Assembly (NCBI GenBank): GCA_965225855.1
Contig: CBDDCK010000005.1
Coordinates: 576,001 to 640,000 of the forward strand
Reading direction: 5' to 3'
Length of the DNA stretch: 64,000 nucleotides
Source of the DNA: Spirochaetia bacterium
Lineage (GTDB): Bacteria > Spirochaetota > Spirochaetia > SP-2023
Shown: positions 38,953 to 50,060 of the stretch, in pieces
Numbering within the stretch: the first letter of the stretch is position 1
Layout of the letters: every line of letters begins with the position of its first letter
Notes under the pieces: generated by a model
What the model was told of the DNA's origin: nothing
Seen by the model: only the letters and a program-made list of their open reading frames with translations
Databases searched by the model: none
Program-made: the position numbers and the translations under genes

Positions 38953-40728
38953 TTAGGGCTTCGGTAGGGAATGCTGGATTTCTTTGCTATTGCGTTGGAT
39001 TTTATGAACATACCAAGCTTGTTTTTTTTCACGATAAATTAAAGTAATTTTATCGGTGTTTTTTTTATGCAAAGGTTGGTTGGCTTCAAATTCCGCTTTC
39101 AATGTTGCGGGGAGGCTTGGGTTATTTTGCTGTGCTGTTTCATTGGCTAAGGTGCCGGGAAACCAAATATCATAATGTATAGTAAAGTTGAGCTGGGCCC
39201 CATCGCTTAGGTTGTTAATTTCTAAAGGGGGATCCAAAGCAAGTTTCGTTATATCATCGGAGGGAAAATTTTTTTCGATTATCATATGGCTGATGCCGTA
39301 AGGTACAAAATTTAGGCTTAGGGCAGGAATAGGGCTGCCTTCTTGTGTGGAAAGTTGTTCTTTTGTCAGCCAATTTCTGGCGGGAAGCAGTGCATCGCGC
39401 CCTTCATAGGCTCTTCGTGCTTGAATATTGACAAAGAGCATAGTTAGCATGTTTGCGTCTGTTTGGATTGTGTCGTCTCTCCCATAACTTAGTTGGCTGT
39501 GCAATTGTGGCTGAAGTTGGTCTATGGCTTGGTAGTAAAGCTCTACGGTTTGATAGGCACTGATATTGCGGTGTTCGGGCGGACTAAGGGCCCGCTTCAA
39601 TGGGGTGTAAACCAGCGTACCAAGCATAAGCAGCAATACAGCACAAAGTAGTAGTGAATTGCGTTTTTTGCGCCAGAAATGTTGGCGTTTGTAGCTTTGT
39701 TGGCGTTTGTGTAATTCACTAGCTAGTTCTGATGCGGCTTGTTGCCGTTGGGCGTTTGTACATTTGCGCCACAAAGAATATGGTTCTTCAGTGGAAGAGC
39801 TGACCGAATAATTTTTTATAGTCTGTTGCCAATGGTTTAAATCTAGCATATTGTTTTTTTCATGTTTTCCATGTTTTCTCTGGGGGGCGCACAATGTGTC
39901 TTGCAATAATTCAGCCCACAAATTATTGAGCTCTGGCTTGAATAATTGGGCTTTTATGTAAGGGGTGTTGTGCATGGATTGTACTGTGTCATGCAGGTGT
40001 TCTTCATGATCTTGTTGAGGAATATTTTGTGTTGCAAATGGCTGCGTGCCCGATAGTCTGTTAAATAACAAGACTGCAAGGGCATAGGCCCAACGCTGAC
40101 TGTTGTTGGGGGGCTTATCTTTATTTTCAATAGAATTTTGAATGCTCGGTAGTTGATAGGGAATAATCTGCTGCAACCTATTTTCTACTGGGCAACGCTC
40201 GGCAACAAAATGGGTTAGCTCTGGTGGCAACAATAAAAATTGGTACATATCATCCGTTTGGTTTTGTTGGTATAAAAGACTATCCCAGATGATACTTTGT
40301 TGTTGGTAGCCCAGTTGTTGATATTTTTGGCACAAGGTTTTCAGAAAGCTAAGCAATGCAATTAGAAAATTTGTTTGTAAAAATTCAGAATTACTCAATT
40401 GGCTTACGGGTTTGCCATAAAAATTTTGTTTGTTTCCAATAGTTGTTCCGGTAAGTTCAGGGAAAAATTTACTGGGAAATTGAGGGGTAGAGCCCAGAGC
40501 ATAATAGGTATTTTGGCGGTTGATAAAACAATCAAAATGCCATTCTTGTAGTTGCCATTGATATTTTTGTTTAGCTTGTGTACTTTCCGTCCCGCCCCAA
40601 AAGCCGGGGATAGGCACTAGGCTGTTGCTACGCAACATACGCGTCCATGATTGGGTTTCGCCTAGCTGTAGTTCTAATTGATTTTCTGTGTTGTAATTAA
40701 TAAAAAATAATGTTTTTGATTCTATCAT
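38953..40728 (-). CDS. Hypothetical membrane-anchored protein
   Basis: 591-aa ORF, one TM after FWRKKRN; directly downstream of aroC. Confidence 0.7.
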   Translation of the reverse strand: MIESKTLFFINYNTENQLELQLGETQSWTRMLRSNSLVPIPGFWGGTESTQAKQKYQWQLQEWHFDCFINRQNTYYALGSTPQFPSKFFPELTGTTIGNKQNFYGKPVSQLSNSEFLQTNFLIALLSFLKTLCQKYQQLGYQQQSIIWDSLLYQQNQTDDMYQFLLLPPELTHFVAERCPVENRLQQIIPYQLPSIQNSIENKDKPPNNSQRWAYALAVLLFNRLSGTQPFATQNIPQQDHEEHLHDTVQSMHNTPYIKAQLFKPELNNLWAELLQDTLCAPQRKHGKHEKNNMLDLNHWQQTIKNYSVSSSTEEPYSLWRKCTNAQRQQAASELASELHKRQQSYKRQHFWRKKRNSLLLCAVLLLMLGTLVYTPLKRALSPPEHRNISAYQTVELYYQAIDQLQPQLHSQLSYGRDDTIQTDANMLTMLFVNIQARRAYEGRDALLPARNWLTKEQLSTQEGSPIPALSLNFVPYGISHMIIEKNFPSDDITKLALDPPLEINNLSDGAQLNFTIHYDIWFPGTLANETAQQNNPSLPATLKAEFEANQPLHKKNTDKITLIYREKKQAWYVHKIQRNSKEIQHSLPKP

Positions 40729-40737
40729 TGCTTTATA

Positions 40738-41901
40738 TTAGCTTTCGTTCTTTGGGAGCTTAAATTGTGGCGTGGCTATCTGAAAAGGGAAATCTTTTTG
40801 GGGAAAGTCTGACACACGGGTACTGGCTTGGCGCAGATAATGGTCGGCTAATACTAGAGCACTCATTGCTTCCACAACGGGGATGATGCGTGGGCAGATA
40901 ATCGGATCGTGCCGGCCTTCTACTACTAACTCTATTTGTTGTTGCTCTCGGCTAATTGTCTTTTGTGGTATGGATATAGAAGAAGTTGGTTTTACAGAAA
41001 TGCGAAAGAAAATAGGGGCTCCTGTGGAAATGCCACCAATAACTCCCCCAGCATGATTACTTTGGAAATTTACCTGGACTTGGCTTGAGCCTTTGTTTGA
41101 AGTTTCGCTTGGTAGGATACTATCATTGTGTTGACTGCCTAGCATTCGGGCAGCTTCAAAACCTGAACCGATGGCAAAGCCTTTGACCGCTCCAATAGAA
41201 AGCATAGCTTTGGCTAGGTCGGCATCTAGTTTATCAAATACGGGTTCACCCCAACCTGCTGGCACGCCGGTAATACGGCAAGCTACAATGCCTCCAGCAC
41301 TATCTTTGCGCTCTGCTATTGTGCGAATCTGCTGTTCCATCTTTTGTGCCGCTTGTAAATCACAGGTGCGGAGAGGGTTTTGCTCAATTACAGTTGGGTC
41401 GAAATTTCGGGCTTTAATACCCGCTGCTTCTTCGGTATAAGCTATAATCTTAATTCCTAAGCAAGAGAGCATTTTCAAGGCAATGGCTCCAGCGGCTACA
41501 CGTGCAGAAGTCTCGCGCCCAGAAGCACGGCCGCTACCCCGCCAGTCGCGAAAGCCGTACTTAGAATCATAACTCCAGTCGGCATGGCCTGGGCGGTAAG
41601 AGTTTTTAATATTATCGTAATCTTTAGAACGTGTGTCTTGATTATATAGCACCATACCGATGCTCGTGCCCGTGGTATAGCCTTCAAAAAGCCCAGAGAG
41701 GATATGAATGCGGTCGGCTTCTGTGCGTGGTGTGCTAAATTCACTTTGGCCCGGTTTACGGCGGTTTAATTGCAACTGTATTTCTTGTTCACTGATAGGG
41801 ACAGCAGGCGGCATGCCATCTACAATAACCCCAACGCCGCCACCGTGGGATTCTCCAAAGGTGCTGATGCGCAGCACGCAGCCAAAACTACTACCCGCCA
41901 T
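40738..41901 (-). CDS. aroC: Chorismate synthase
   Basis: TFGESHG, RPGHAD, GSGRASGRET, GRHDP. Confidence 0.97.
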   Translation of the reverse strand: MAGSSFGCVLRISTFGESHGGGVGVIVDGMPPAVPISEQEIQLQLNRRKPGQSEFSTPRTEADRIHILSGLFEGYTTGTSIGMVLYNQDTRSKDYDNIKNSYRPGHADWSYDSKYGFRDWRGSGRASGRETSARVAAGAIALKMLSCLGIKIIAYTEEAAGIKARNFDPTVIEQNPLRTCDLQAAQKMEQQIRTIAERKDSAGGIVACRITGVPAGWGEPVFDKLDADLAKAMLSIGAVKGFAIGSGFEAARMLGSQHNDSILPSETSNKGSSQVQVNFQSNHAGGVIGGISTGAPIFFRISVKPTSSISIPQKTISREQQQIELVVEGRHDPIICPRIIPVVEAMSALVLADHYLRQASTRVSDFPQKDFPFQIATPQFKLPKNES

Positions 41902-41937
41902 GTTTGATGTTCCTTGTTCTTTTATTTTGGGATACTG

Positions 41938-42009
41938 CATTCAGTGTTTACATTTTTCAGTAACAAAATTTCATTCAGTGTTTACATTTTTCAGTAACAA
42001 AATTTCATT
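41938..42009. repeat. 34-bp perfect tandem duplication upstream of aroC
   Basis: CATTCAGTGTTTACATTTTTCAGTAACAAAATTT at 41938 and 41972. Confidence 0.95.
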
Positions 42010-42350
42010 AAGTATAGTTGCTAAGTCTGGTGATTATAGAAAATCTATTATTCTATTCAATAAAGTTTGTTTGATTTCTAATAGCTAAAATTTTGGTTAA
42101 AGTGCAGTAAAAAAACAAAGATTGTTTATTTTTGCCAAACCCCACAAATTATAGGAATAAAGTTTCTTGTTCGTTATTAAAAGACTCTCTTAATTTTTAG
42201 GGCCATATAATAGCCATAATAATTATGGTCCTAGCCATTGTCATAAGCCTTGTCAAATAAATGTAAATTTGCTATCAATTGGCCCCTTCCAATTTTTAGC
42301 TGTTGGCAGAACCCGGCAGCTAAAACCAAGCTCGATGTTGAGGACTTATC

Positions 42351-44423
42351 ATGCCAACCAATCAAAACCCAAACCCAGCTCCCTCAAAAAAAACAAGCAA
42401 AAACCCAATTAAATATGATGAGAGTAAAATCCAAACCTTAGAAGCCTTAGAGCACATTCGCTTACGCTCTGGCATGTACATTGGGCGCCTGGGCAACGGC
42501 GAACAATACGAAGACGGTATTTATATTCTCCTGAAAGAAATTATTGATAATTCTATTGATGAATATATTATGGGCAATGGGCAACGCATTGAAATCACTT
42601 TAGAGCAAAACTATGACGATGGCAGCCAATTGCAGTTTTCCCCAGCGATAGAACAAACTGTAGAGCCAAGTGAATTAGAACAACAAGCAGAAAATGGCAA
42701 CCCAAATCAAAAAATGATTGGTGGAGAAGATCAATTTAAACCCAATGAGGAACATAAAACAGATAAACGCAAAGCACAAAGTGGCAAAATTACCGTGCGA
42801 GATTATGGCCGAGGTATACCTTTGGGCAAAGTTGTTGAAGCCGTTTCGCTAATTAATACGGGGGCAAAATATAACGATGATGTCTTTCAATTTACTGTAG
42901 GTCTTAATGGCGTGGGCACAAAAGCAGTTAACGCCCTTTCGGCCTATTTTTTGGTGCGAACCTACCGCGATGGCCAAATGGTCGAAGCTGTATTTTCCCA
43001 AGGCAAACTAAAAAGCCAAACTCAAGATGCAACAAGCCAAGCCAATGGTACTTATGTTGAGTTTTGGCCCGATGAACAAATTTTTGGTAACTTTGCATTT
43101 CAGTTAGAATTCCTGCAAAACCGAATATTTCATTATTCCTGCCTAAACACCAATTTAGAGTTCGGTTTCAGTATTGGGGGCCAGCGGGAAGGCTATTTAA
43201 GCAGCCAAGGTCTACAAGATTTGCTAGAGCGTGAACTGCCCAGTGGCACTTTATACCCAGTTATGCGCTGTCAAACCAATGATGGACAACAGGGTGGGCT
43301 AGAATTTGCCTTCACCCACACCCAGCAAATTGGGGAAACTCATTTTTCTTTTGTCAATGGCCAATTTACGCTAGACGGTGGGGTTCATCTCCAAGCTTTC
43401 CGCGATGGCTTTACACGTGGCATCAATGATTTTTACAAAACATGTTATACTTCACAAGATATTCGCGATGGCTTGGTAGCTGCAATAAAAGTCAAAGTCA
43501 AAAATCCTATTTTTGAAAGCCAAACTAAAAATAAACTTGGTAATAGCGAAATGCGTGCACCCATCGCCTCCCAAGTGCGCAAAATGACTGCCGACCTGCT
43601 CTACCGCAACGAAGATTTAGCCCAAAAACTTAGCGAAAAAATCAAGCAAAACGAAAAGTTGCGTAAAGAACTTTCCAGCGTGCGCAAAATGATGCGTGAA
43701 TCCAGTAAGCGATTGGCTTTAAACATTCCGCAGCTGCGCGATTGTAAATACCACAAAGGCGAGAAACAGCCCAAAAAAGCAGAAAATAAAGAAACGATGA
43801 TTTTCCTCACAGAAGGGCAATCGGCAACCGGTTCACTAGTTTCATGCCGTGATGTTTACTACCAAGCTCTATTTTCGCTGCGCGGTAAACCGTGGAATTG
43901 TTTTGGCCGCAGCACTACTGAAATTTACCAAAATGAAGAATTGTATCACCTGCTCAAAGCCCTTGGTTTGGAAAACGGTATCGATCAATTGCGATACGAC
44001 CAAATCATTTTGGCCACCGATGCCGATGATGATGGTTACCATATCCGCAATTTATTGATGACGTTTTTTTTGCATTATTTTGAAACGCTGGTGCAAGCGG
44101 GCCATTTGTATATTTTAGAAACGCCATTATTTCGAGTGCGCAATAACAAAGAGACACATTATTGCTACAATGAAGCCGAACGAAATCACTGGACAAAGAA
44201 ACTTTCCGGTCCGGAAATAACTCGCTTTAAAGGACTGGGAGAAATTTCTCCCAAAGAATTTGGCCAATTTATTGGGGAAGATATGCGCTTAATTCCTGTA
44301 AATATTGAGCCATTTAAAATGCATATAATCCCCGATGTATTGGAATTTTATATGGGAAAAAATACACCCCAACGCAAAAAATTTATTGTGGAAAACTTAA
44401 AAGAAACTTCGGAAGTGATGTGA
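42351..44423 (+). CDS. parE: Type IIA topoisomerase B subunit (topoisomerase IV subunit B type)
   Basis: HIRLRSGMYIG, EIIDNSIDE, DYGRGIP, GLNGVG, TEGQSA, LRGK, TDADDDG, RFKGLGEI. Confidence 0.85.
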   Translation: MPTNQNPNPAPSKKTSKNPIKYDESKIQTLEALEHIRLRSGMYIGRLGNGEQYEDGIYILLKEIIDNSIDEYIMGNGQRIEITLEQNYDDGSQLQFSPAIEQTVEPSELEQQAENGNPNQKMIGGEDQFKPNEEHKTDKRKAQSGKITVRDYGRGIPLGKVVEAVSLINTGAKYNDDVFQFTVGLNGVGTKAVNALSAYFLVRTYRDGQMVEAVFSQGKLKSQTQDATSQANGTYVEFWPDEQIFGNFAFQLEFLQNRIFHYSCLNTNLEFGFSIGGQREGYLSSQGLQDLLERELPSGTLYPVMRCQTNDGQQGGLEFAFTHTQQIGETHFSFVNGQFTLDGGVHLQAFRDGFTRGINDFYKTCYTSQDIRDGLVAAIKVKVKNPIFESQTKNKLGNSEMRAPIASQVRKMTADLLYRNEDLAQKLSEKIKQNEKLRKELSSVRKMMRESSKRLALNIPQLRDCKYHKGEKQPKKAENKETMIFLTEGQSATGSLVSCRDVYYQALFSLRGKPWNCFGRSTTEIYQNEELYHLLKALGLENGIDQLRYDQIILATDADDDGYHIRNLLMTFFLHYFETLVQAGHLYILETPLFRVRNNKETHYCYNEAERNHWTKKLSGPEITRFKGLGEISPKEFGQFIGEDMRLIPVNIEPFKMHIIPDVLEFYMGKNTPQRKKFIVENLKETSEVM

Positions 44424-44509
44424 AATTTTATTGCAAAATATTTTGCCTATCTAAATTGATTTACAAACAATAGAACCACACACTTACAAGTTGCTCTAAT
44501 ATTTTTAGC

Positions 44510-45109
44510 TTAGCGATACAATGTGGCTTTCATCACTTCATCAGCTTTACTATTACTTATGAGGCGTTGTATCAAGGCTTCAGCTAATAAGTGGGCACTA
44601 CCCACACCATCAGCGGTAATAATATTTCCATCGATTGCCAAAGACTGTGGTAATTTTTGTTTTTGAATATTTTCCGCTAAAATGGTTTCATCCCCCGGAT
44701 AACAAGTATACTTCCCCAGTAAATTACAAGCTTTAGCCAAAACATAGGCAGGTGCCGCACAAATGGCAGCTAAATATCGCTGCCTACTTTCTAAAGTTTG
44801 GGTATATTCTTGTAAAAAATTTACCAGCTCACTATTTTCTGCCAGATTCTTACTGCCAGGCATACCACCAGGCAAAAAAACGGCATCTGGATATTCAGCT
44901 TTAGCTAAAAATTGAGCTAAAGTTATGTGAGCCTGCAACCGCAGTTGATGGGAACTACAAACTTCTAAAGTACCATTGTTTAACTGACACTCTTCAGTTA
45001 CAGCAACCAAAATAATTTGAATACCAGCCCGATAACATAGATCATAGGGGAGGCAAAACTCTACCTCCTCAAAGCCATTTGCTAATATAATCGCCAAAGA
45101 TTTTATCAT
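44510..45109 (-). CDS. DJ-1/PfpI (YajL/ThiJ-like) protein
   Basis: GFEEVE, LPGGMPG, AAICAAP, TCYPG. Confidence 0.9.
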   Translation of the reverse strand: MIKSLAIILANGFEEVEFCLPYDLCYRAGIQIILVAVTEECQLNNGTLEVCSSHQLRLQAHITLAQFLAKAEYPDAVFLPGGMPGSKNLAENSELVNFLQEYTQTLESRQRYLAAICAAPAYVLAKACNLLGKYTCYPGDETILAENIQKQKLPQSLAIDGNIITADGVGSAHLLAEALIQRLISNSKADEVMKATLYR

Positions 45110-45139
45110 TAAATTTACTCCTAACTTATTTTTTTGTAA

Positions 45140-45391
45140 TCAAAATTTATGTTTAGTCCGCTTTTGCAATAATTTTTGCAAATCAGAAAGTTTTGAACTA
45201 TCTAGCTTGCTTTGTGCTGCATTCAGCATCGCATCTTGGAGCTGTTCATAAATTTCTTTACGAAAAATTTTCACATTTTGTGGTGCCACAATGCCCAAGC
45301 GAACTTGCTCTCCTTTTACTTCTGTAATGCATATCTCAATAGAATCATTGATGATAATGCTATCGCCCTCACGCCGTGATAATATCAGCAC
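45140..45391 (-). CDS. csrA: Carbon storage regulator
   Basis: MLILSRREGDSIII...VRLGIVAP...IFRKEIY. Confidence 0.95.
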   Translation of the reverse strand: MLILSRREGDSIIINDSIEICITEVKGEQVRLGIVAPQNVKIFRKEIYEQLQDAMLNAAQSKLDSSKLSDLQKLLQKRTKHKF

Positions 45392-45399
45392 AAAAGAAC

Positions 45400-45846
45400 C
45401 TATTGATCGTTATGCCACAAGTCTGCTAAACGATAGCGCACCGACCAACGCTCATCACCGACAATAATTTGGCGGCCGAGATTTTGTGCTTTATTAAAAA
45501 TAATCGGCCCCTGCATATTCACCGTAGAAATTTCAGGTTCATAATCATGCAATGTAACAATCGAAAAAAACAAAAGATTCTGATCTTCATGATTTTGCAG
45601 ACCAATACTAGAAAAGTCCTCTAAAGCAGCTTGTTGAATGCTATAGTCAGAAATTAAAAACTCTGGCGATAATAGTAAAAAACTTAATTCGCTGCGTTCT
45701 AGCGACTGCAACCAATAAAACGGCAAATAAGCTGAATCAATTAACGCAAAATGACGGAGCTCTTCAAAAGCATATAAACCATATGGAAAATGAAAGAGCT
45801 GGCGAGAATCTACTTCCACATCGCCAGACTGTGTTTTTATTTTCAC
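45400..45846 (-). CDS. fliW: Flagellar assembly factor FliW
   Basis: FPYGLYAFE, FYWLQSL, TVNMQGPIIFN; lies between flgL and csrA. Confidence 0.92.
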   Translation of the reverse strand: MKIKTQSGDVEVDSRQLFHFPYGLYAFEELRHFALIDSAYLPFYWLQSLERSELSFLLLSPEFLISDYSIQQAALEDFSSIGLQNHEDQNLLFFSIVTLHDYEPEISTVNMQGPIIFNKAQNLGRQIIVGDERWSVRYRLADLWHNDQ

Positions 45847-45847
45847 G

Positions 45848-47092
45848 CTAGCGCAAAAAATCCATTAAACTGGTATTCATGGTTTTAGCCGCAGCCATAT
45901 ATACAGCAGTCTGGGAATTTTGCAATTCTTTTAACTCGAGAATTGCTTGACTAATATCAACTGAACGCTCTTCGGCATCCATTGCTGTATAATTGTATTG
46001 CTCTTCTTGCAACCAATTGCCTATATTTTCTGCTCTCTCTTGGCGCGCGCCAAAATTGGTACGCACCGAACTAACATTGGAAATACTTGCATCAATGGCA
46101 GCCAAATAACGGCTACCCACTGCTTCAGAATCTCCACTAAGCAAAGCATCACGCAGACCAATTACTACGTCAAAAATAGAAGCTCCACTTTCTTGGCTTT
46201 CTTTCCTTATGTTGTAAGGAGGCCGGTTATGTTGAGTCAAACCCAAAAGCTGTAAATTGTTGTGGCCATTTTGTTCTTGCAACCATATCTGATGTGGGGT
46301 AGTGCTTTGTAATACAACTCCATTACTCAATGGCGAAATTTCGGCCTTTACAGCTGCCCCACTCTCATTGATTTTTGCCACAATTGTCCGAGCATTGTCG
46401 CCCACTTCCAGTGGGATTTCAATATTATCCACCATAATGCGGCTGGTTTGCTGAACAACAAAATTATCACTGTTAATATTGCTAACAATGCGATGTGGCT
46501 GCGCCCAAAATAACGTGTTGCCGGGCACCGTTGCCTCAATATATTTACCATCGCTAATTTCTAGTGAGCGGGCCTGATTATTGCCCATGTATCGTACTTT
46601 AGTGATACTATTTTCCCCCAAAACCGGCACAAAGCCTTCTTCACTGACAAAAGCTGTATTGGTGCCTTCGGTGCCACTAAACATAGCATAACCATATTCA
46701 TCTCGGGCATTGGCAATACTGACTAAATCTTGCAGCAGCTCATTTGTTACACGGCCAATCTGTTGCAAACCTTCCTTGGCATAAGTACCACTAGCACCTC
46801 GAACCGCCATACTGCGCAATTCCTGCAAATCATCAATCACACGACTGATCTGGCTTTCAGCCAACTGAAAACGCTCATTGACATGAATAATTTGATCGCT
46901 ATATTTTTCCAGCCGATTCAATTGCGAGATATAGCGCGAGGCCCTAGCTGCTGTGATCGTTTTTTCACCTAAATTATCAAACTTTTTATTGCTACCAATT
47001 TGATTGATCAAGCTATTGACTTTGGCATCTTTCTCACGGGCATAGTGGCGAATATCATCGCTACTTTGGTAGGTGCTAGTCCGAATATTCAT
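45848..47092 (-). CDS. flgL: Flagellar hook-associated protein 3
   Basis: Flagellin-like N- and C-termini (ANARDEYGYAMFSG; SLMDFLR); follows flgK. Confidence 0.92.
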   Translation of the reverse strand: MNIRTSTYQSSDDIRHYAREKDAKVNSLINQIGSNKKFDNLGEKTITAARASRYISQLNRLEKYSDQIIHVNERFQLAESQISRVIDDLQELRSMAVRGASGTYAKEGLQQIGRVTNELLQDLVSIANARDEYGYAMFSGTEGTNTAFVSEEGFVPVLGENSITKVRYMGNNQARSLEISDGKYIEATVPGNTLFWAQPHRIVSNINSDNFVVQQTSRIMVDNIEIPLEVGDNARTIVAKINESGAAVKAEISPLSNGVVLQSTTPHQIWLQEQNGHNNLQLLGLTQHNRPPYNIRKESQESGASIFDVVIGLRDALLSGDSEAVGSRYLAAIDASISNVSSVRTNFGARQERAENIGNWLQEEQYNYTAMDAEERSVDISQAILELKELQNSQTAVYMAAAKTMNTSLMDFLR

Positions 47093-47210
47093 AAATTTAT
47101 ACTCCTAAATTTGTTCTGAACCTGAAAGTCTATTTTTCAAATTTTCCCATCTTCAAAACTCTAATTTTGGCTTTTATTTTTATAAAATAATTTATAAAAA
47201 TAAAATGGTA

Positions 47211-49151
47211 TTAAGCTCCAACTTGAGTGATCAGCACATCCATCAATTTATCAAAAGTAGCAATAAATTTAGCAGCAGCATTATAGCCATGCTGAAATTT
47301 CACCATGTTGGTAAATTCTTCATCGAGATTCACACCGCTAACTTCTTTACGCATATCTTCCAATTCTTTGAGCTCACCTTCAAAAGTGGTGTAGAACAAT
47401 CCAGCTCGGTGTTCTTTACTACCGATTTCCGCAATATTACTGGCAAAAAAATCTTCCATAGTTTCGCGTCCGCCAAACATCAATGGTTGGTGTGCCAAAT
47501 TGGCAATTTCTAAAGCAATTTCATTGTTGCCCAAAGGGGCTTGACGCCCGTTGTCTCCGGCACTCAATGGATTAGGTTTGGCAGAGCTAATCGTACTGGG
47601 ATCAGAAATAATAGCTTTATTGACCCTAACCGTTGCAGAAGGATTGCGCTGGAGCTGAACTTGCCATTTAGCCGCAGTAGCTATACCATTGGCAGTATCT
47701 TGCGCTATGGCTTGACGCAACACTAACGCTTGATTAGGCTGGTTTTGATCAAAAATATTTCCCGGTTCTGCTTGGCCGCGACTTTGCATCAAACCGCTAT
47801 ATTGGGTCAAAAAATAGGAACTATCCTCAAGATACGAAAGCGTAAACTGGCTTTCTGCTGTAGCGTGCAATTGCAAATTACCGTTGCGGTCCAAGCGGGC
47901 TTTGACATTGGCACCCGATTGGTTAATGCGTTCAATTACTGTTTGCACGGTATCTGTAGCATTATATGAAACATTTATGTTGCCATTAGCTGAACTTAAA
48001 ACCATTTCCCCGCTAATGCCGAGTACATCGGTTCCGACAAGTCTTTCTGTACCACTGATCTGATACAAACGCGTCTGGTCAAAATTGCCATCGCCAGTGC
48101 TATCATAGTTACCTAAAGGGTTGGTTGTTTCATTAAAAACTTCAAAAAATGCAACACCAGTTTTACCATTCAGCCCCACTCCAGAGCTGTGAATTTCATT
48201 GACTTGGGCAACATAGGTCATCGTCAATTCGTCCAGTTGAGAAATTTCTTGAACCAAATCGTTATCGCGCATATCCAGTAAAGCCTTGAGAGAACCACCT
48301 CCAAGTTGCACAGGCTCATACTCAGCTTGCGTATTGCCACTGCTTTTGGGCCAAACAACTTGAAAATAACCACCGTTTTCCAAATTAGCCTGTAACTCAA
48401 AATTTTGCACATCACCGCCTTGGATCAAGCGAAAACCTCCAATATACACTTGAAACTCATCAGCATCACGCATGTCGGTGCTAATATTAATATATTCAGA
48501 CAATTTTTGCACCAAAATATCACGCTGATCTAAAAGATCGTTAGGCTGATCCCCAACTGCTTTTGAGCGCAATATTTTTGTGTTTAATGCTCCAATATTA
48601 TTGGCTAGGTCATTTATCTCTTTGACCTGAATACCAATTTCTTCATTGACTTGCTTACGCAATCTATTCAAACGATCAAAGCGCAAATTGATGTGATCCA
48701 TCAAATTTTGCCCTCTATAGGCAATCTGCTGACGTGCATCGAGGTTTCCCGGATCAACAGAAAGGTTTTGCCAAGATTCCCAAAATTGATCGGTAACTTT
48801 GCGAATCGAATTGCCATCATTTTCTTGGTAGAGTTTATCAATTTGATTTAAATATTTACTGCGCACTTGCCAATAAGAAGCTTTTTCTTGTGATTGCAAA
48901 ATTTTATTGTCGATGAAAAAATCGCGGACTCGCTCAATGCGTGTAACAGCAACCCCCGTACCAATTTGCCCAGCTCTTTCTGGCCGGGTCAAATCTGGCG
49001 CATACAAAGGGTCTGTAGGATTCATGCGAACACGCTGCCGGCTATAACCCTCTGTTGATGAATTGCTAATATTATGAGCTACGGTGCTCAATGCAGTTTG
49101 ATGGGCCACCAAGCCACGTTTACCTGTTTCCAATTGTCCAAACGTACTCAT
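47211..49151 (-). CDS. flgK: Flagellar hook-associated protein 1
   Basis: HNISNSSTEGYSRQ, NDLLDQRD, VSGVNLDEE. Confidence 0.96.
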   Translation of the reverse strand: MSTFGQLETGKRGLVAHQTALSTVAHNISNSSTEGYSRQRVRMNPTDPLYAPDLTRPERAGQIGTGVAVTRIERVRDFFIDNKILQSQEKASYWQVRSKYLNQIDKLYQENDGNSIRKVTDQFWESWQNLSVDPGNLDARQQIAYRGQNLMDHINLRFDRLNRLRKQVNEEIGIQVKEINDLANNIGALNTKILRSKAVGDQPNDLLDQRDILVQKLSEYINISTDMRDADEFQVYIGGFRLIQGGDVQNFELQANLENGGYFQVVWPKSSGNTQAEYEPVQLGGGSLKALLDMRDNDLVQEISQLDELTMTYVAQVNEIHSSGVGLNGKTGVAFFEVFNETTNPLGNYDSTGDGNFDQTRLYQISGTERLVGTDVLGISGEMVLSSANGNINVSYNATDTVQTVIERINQSGANVKARLDRNGNLQLHATAESQFTLSYLEDSSYFLTQYSGLMQSRGQAEPGNIFDQNQPNQALVLRQAIAQDTANGIATAAKWQVQLQRNPSATVRVNKAIISDPSTISSAKPNPLSAGDNGRQAPLGNNEIALEIANLAHQPLMFGGRETMEDFFASNIAEIGSKEHRAGLFYTTFEGELKELEDMRKEVSGVNLDEEFTNMVKFQHGYNAAAKFIATFDKLMDVLITQVGA

Positions 49152-49192
49152 AGTTGTTATCCTCTAAAATAATCCTTCTTGATTAATTATAA

Positions 49193-49726
49193 TTATGCTT
49201 CACCATTAAAAATTCGCGAAGGTGCGGCAGCCTTAGGCTGATAATGGCCCCCCGCTCTGCCATAGACTTGGCCACAATCCAGCTCATCATCTTTCAATGC
49301 AGAAAGAAAACCTTCAATCATTTGTTGTTTTTGTTGACTGTAATGTTGCAACACTTGCAGTTCACTCTGGCGATGTACCAGATTATCACGCAATTCTTGC
49401 CAAATTTTCCGCAGGCGATATTGTTCTTGCTCTGGAAGCAACACTAATAATTCACTAATTTTCAAAAGTTGCGCTGATTCTTGCACAGAATCCTTTTGTA
49501 ATTTCTTTTGTAATTTCATGCGCAATTCCAACATTTGCTTACTGATCCGCCCTTGTTCTCGAGCCAAAAATTCCATACGTTCCAGATTTTGATTCAACGG
49601 CGACCATTCTTTATCTTTAATTGCTTTACGCAATTCACAATATAAATTTGACTGATCTTCGTTCAATTCAAACAACTTGTGGAAATATCGGTAAAGCTCT
49701 TCACAATAATCGGCCAAACTGGGCAT
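49193..49726 (-). CDS. flgN: Flagellar export chaperone FlgN-like
   Basis: Coiled-coil 177-aa ORF immediately upstream of flgK, with C-terminal YGRAG. Confidence 0.7.
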   Translation of the reverse strand: MPSLADYCEELYRYFHKLFELNEDQSNLYCELRKAIKDKEWSPLNQNLERMEFLAREQGRISKQMLELRMKLQKKLQKDSVQESAQLLKISELLVLLPEQEQYRLRKIWQELRDNLVHRQSELQVLQHYSQQKQQMIEGFLSALKDDELDCGQVYGRAGGHYQPKAAAPSRIFNGEA

Positions 49727-49953
49727 AAAATCCCTCCTTTCCTATAACCATAGCACTATAGCTTTTCGGTTATTCTACTTTTATCATTTAGCAAAAAATA
49801 GAACCTAAGAACGTTTTATACAATTTAGGGCTATGACAAAAATTATAGAGGATTTTAAAGTTGATATAAATTCTTTACTACAGAAATATCTCAAAGAATC
49901 CCGAATTATATCGTCTGCTATTATTGGCTTCGTTTATGTCTTAATTTTTTACT

Positions 49954-50009
49954 TGTTGGCTTTCGCTTAGCGCGCAGCACAACAGCTGGCCGCTAAGCGA
50001 AAGCCAACA
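49954..50009. repeat. 19-bp perfect inverted repeat forming a long hairpin
   Basis: TGTTGGCTTTCGCTTAGCG ... CGCTAAGCGAAAGCCAACA with inner CAGC/GCTG pairing. Confidence 0.9.
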
Positions 50010-50060
50010 GAAACATAGTAGATTGCCTCGGCAGTGCAAGGGCTGCGATGAAATACGGTG

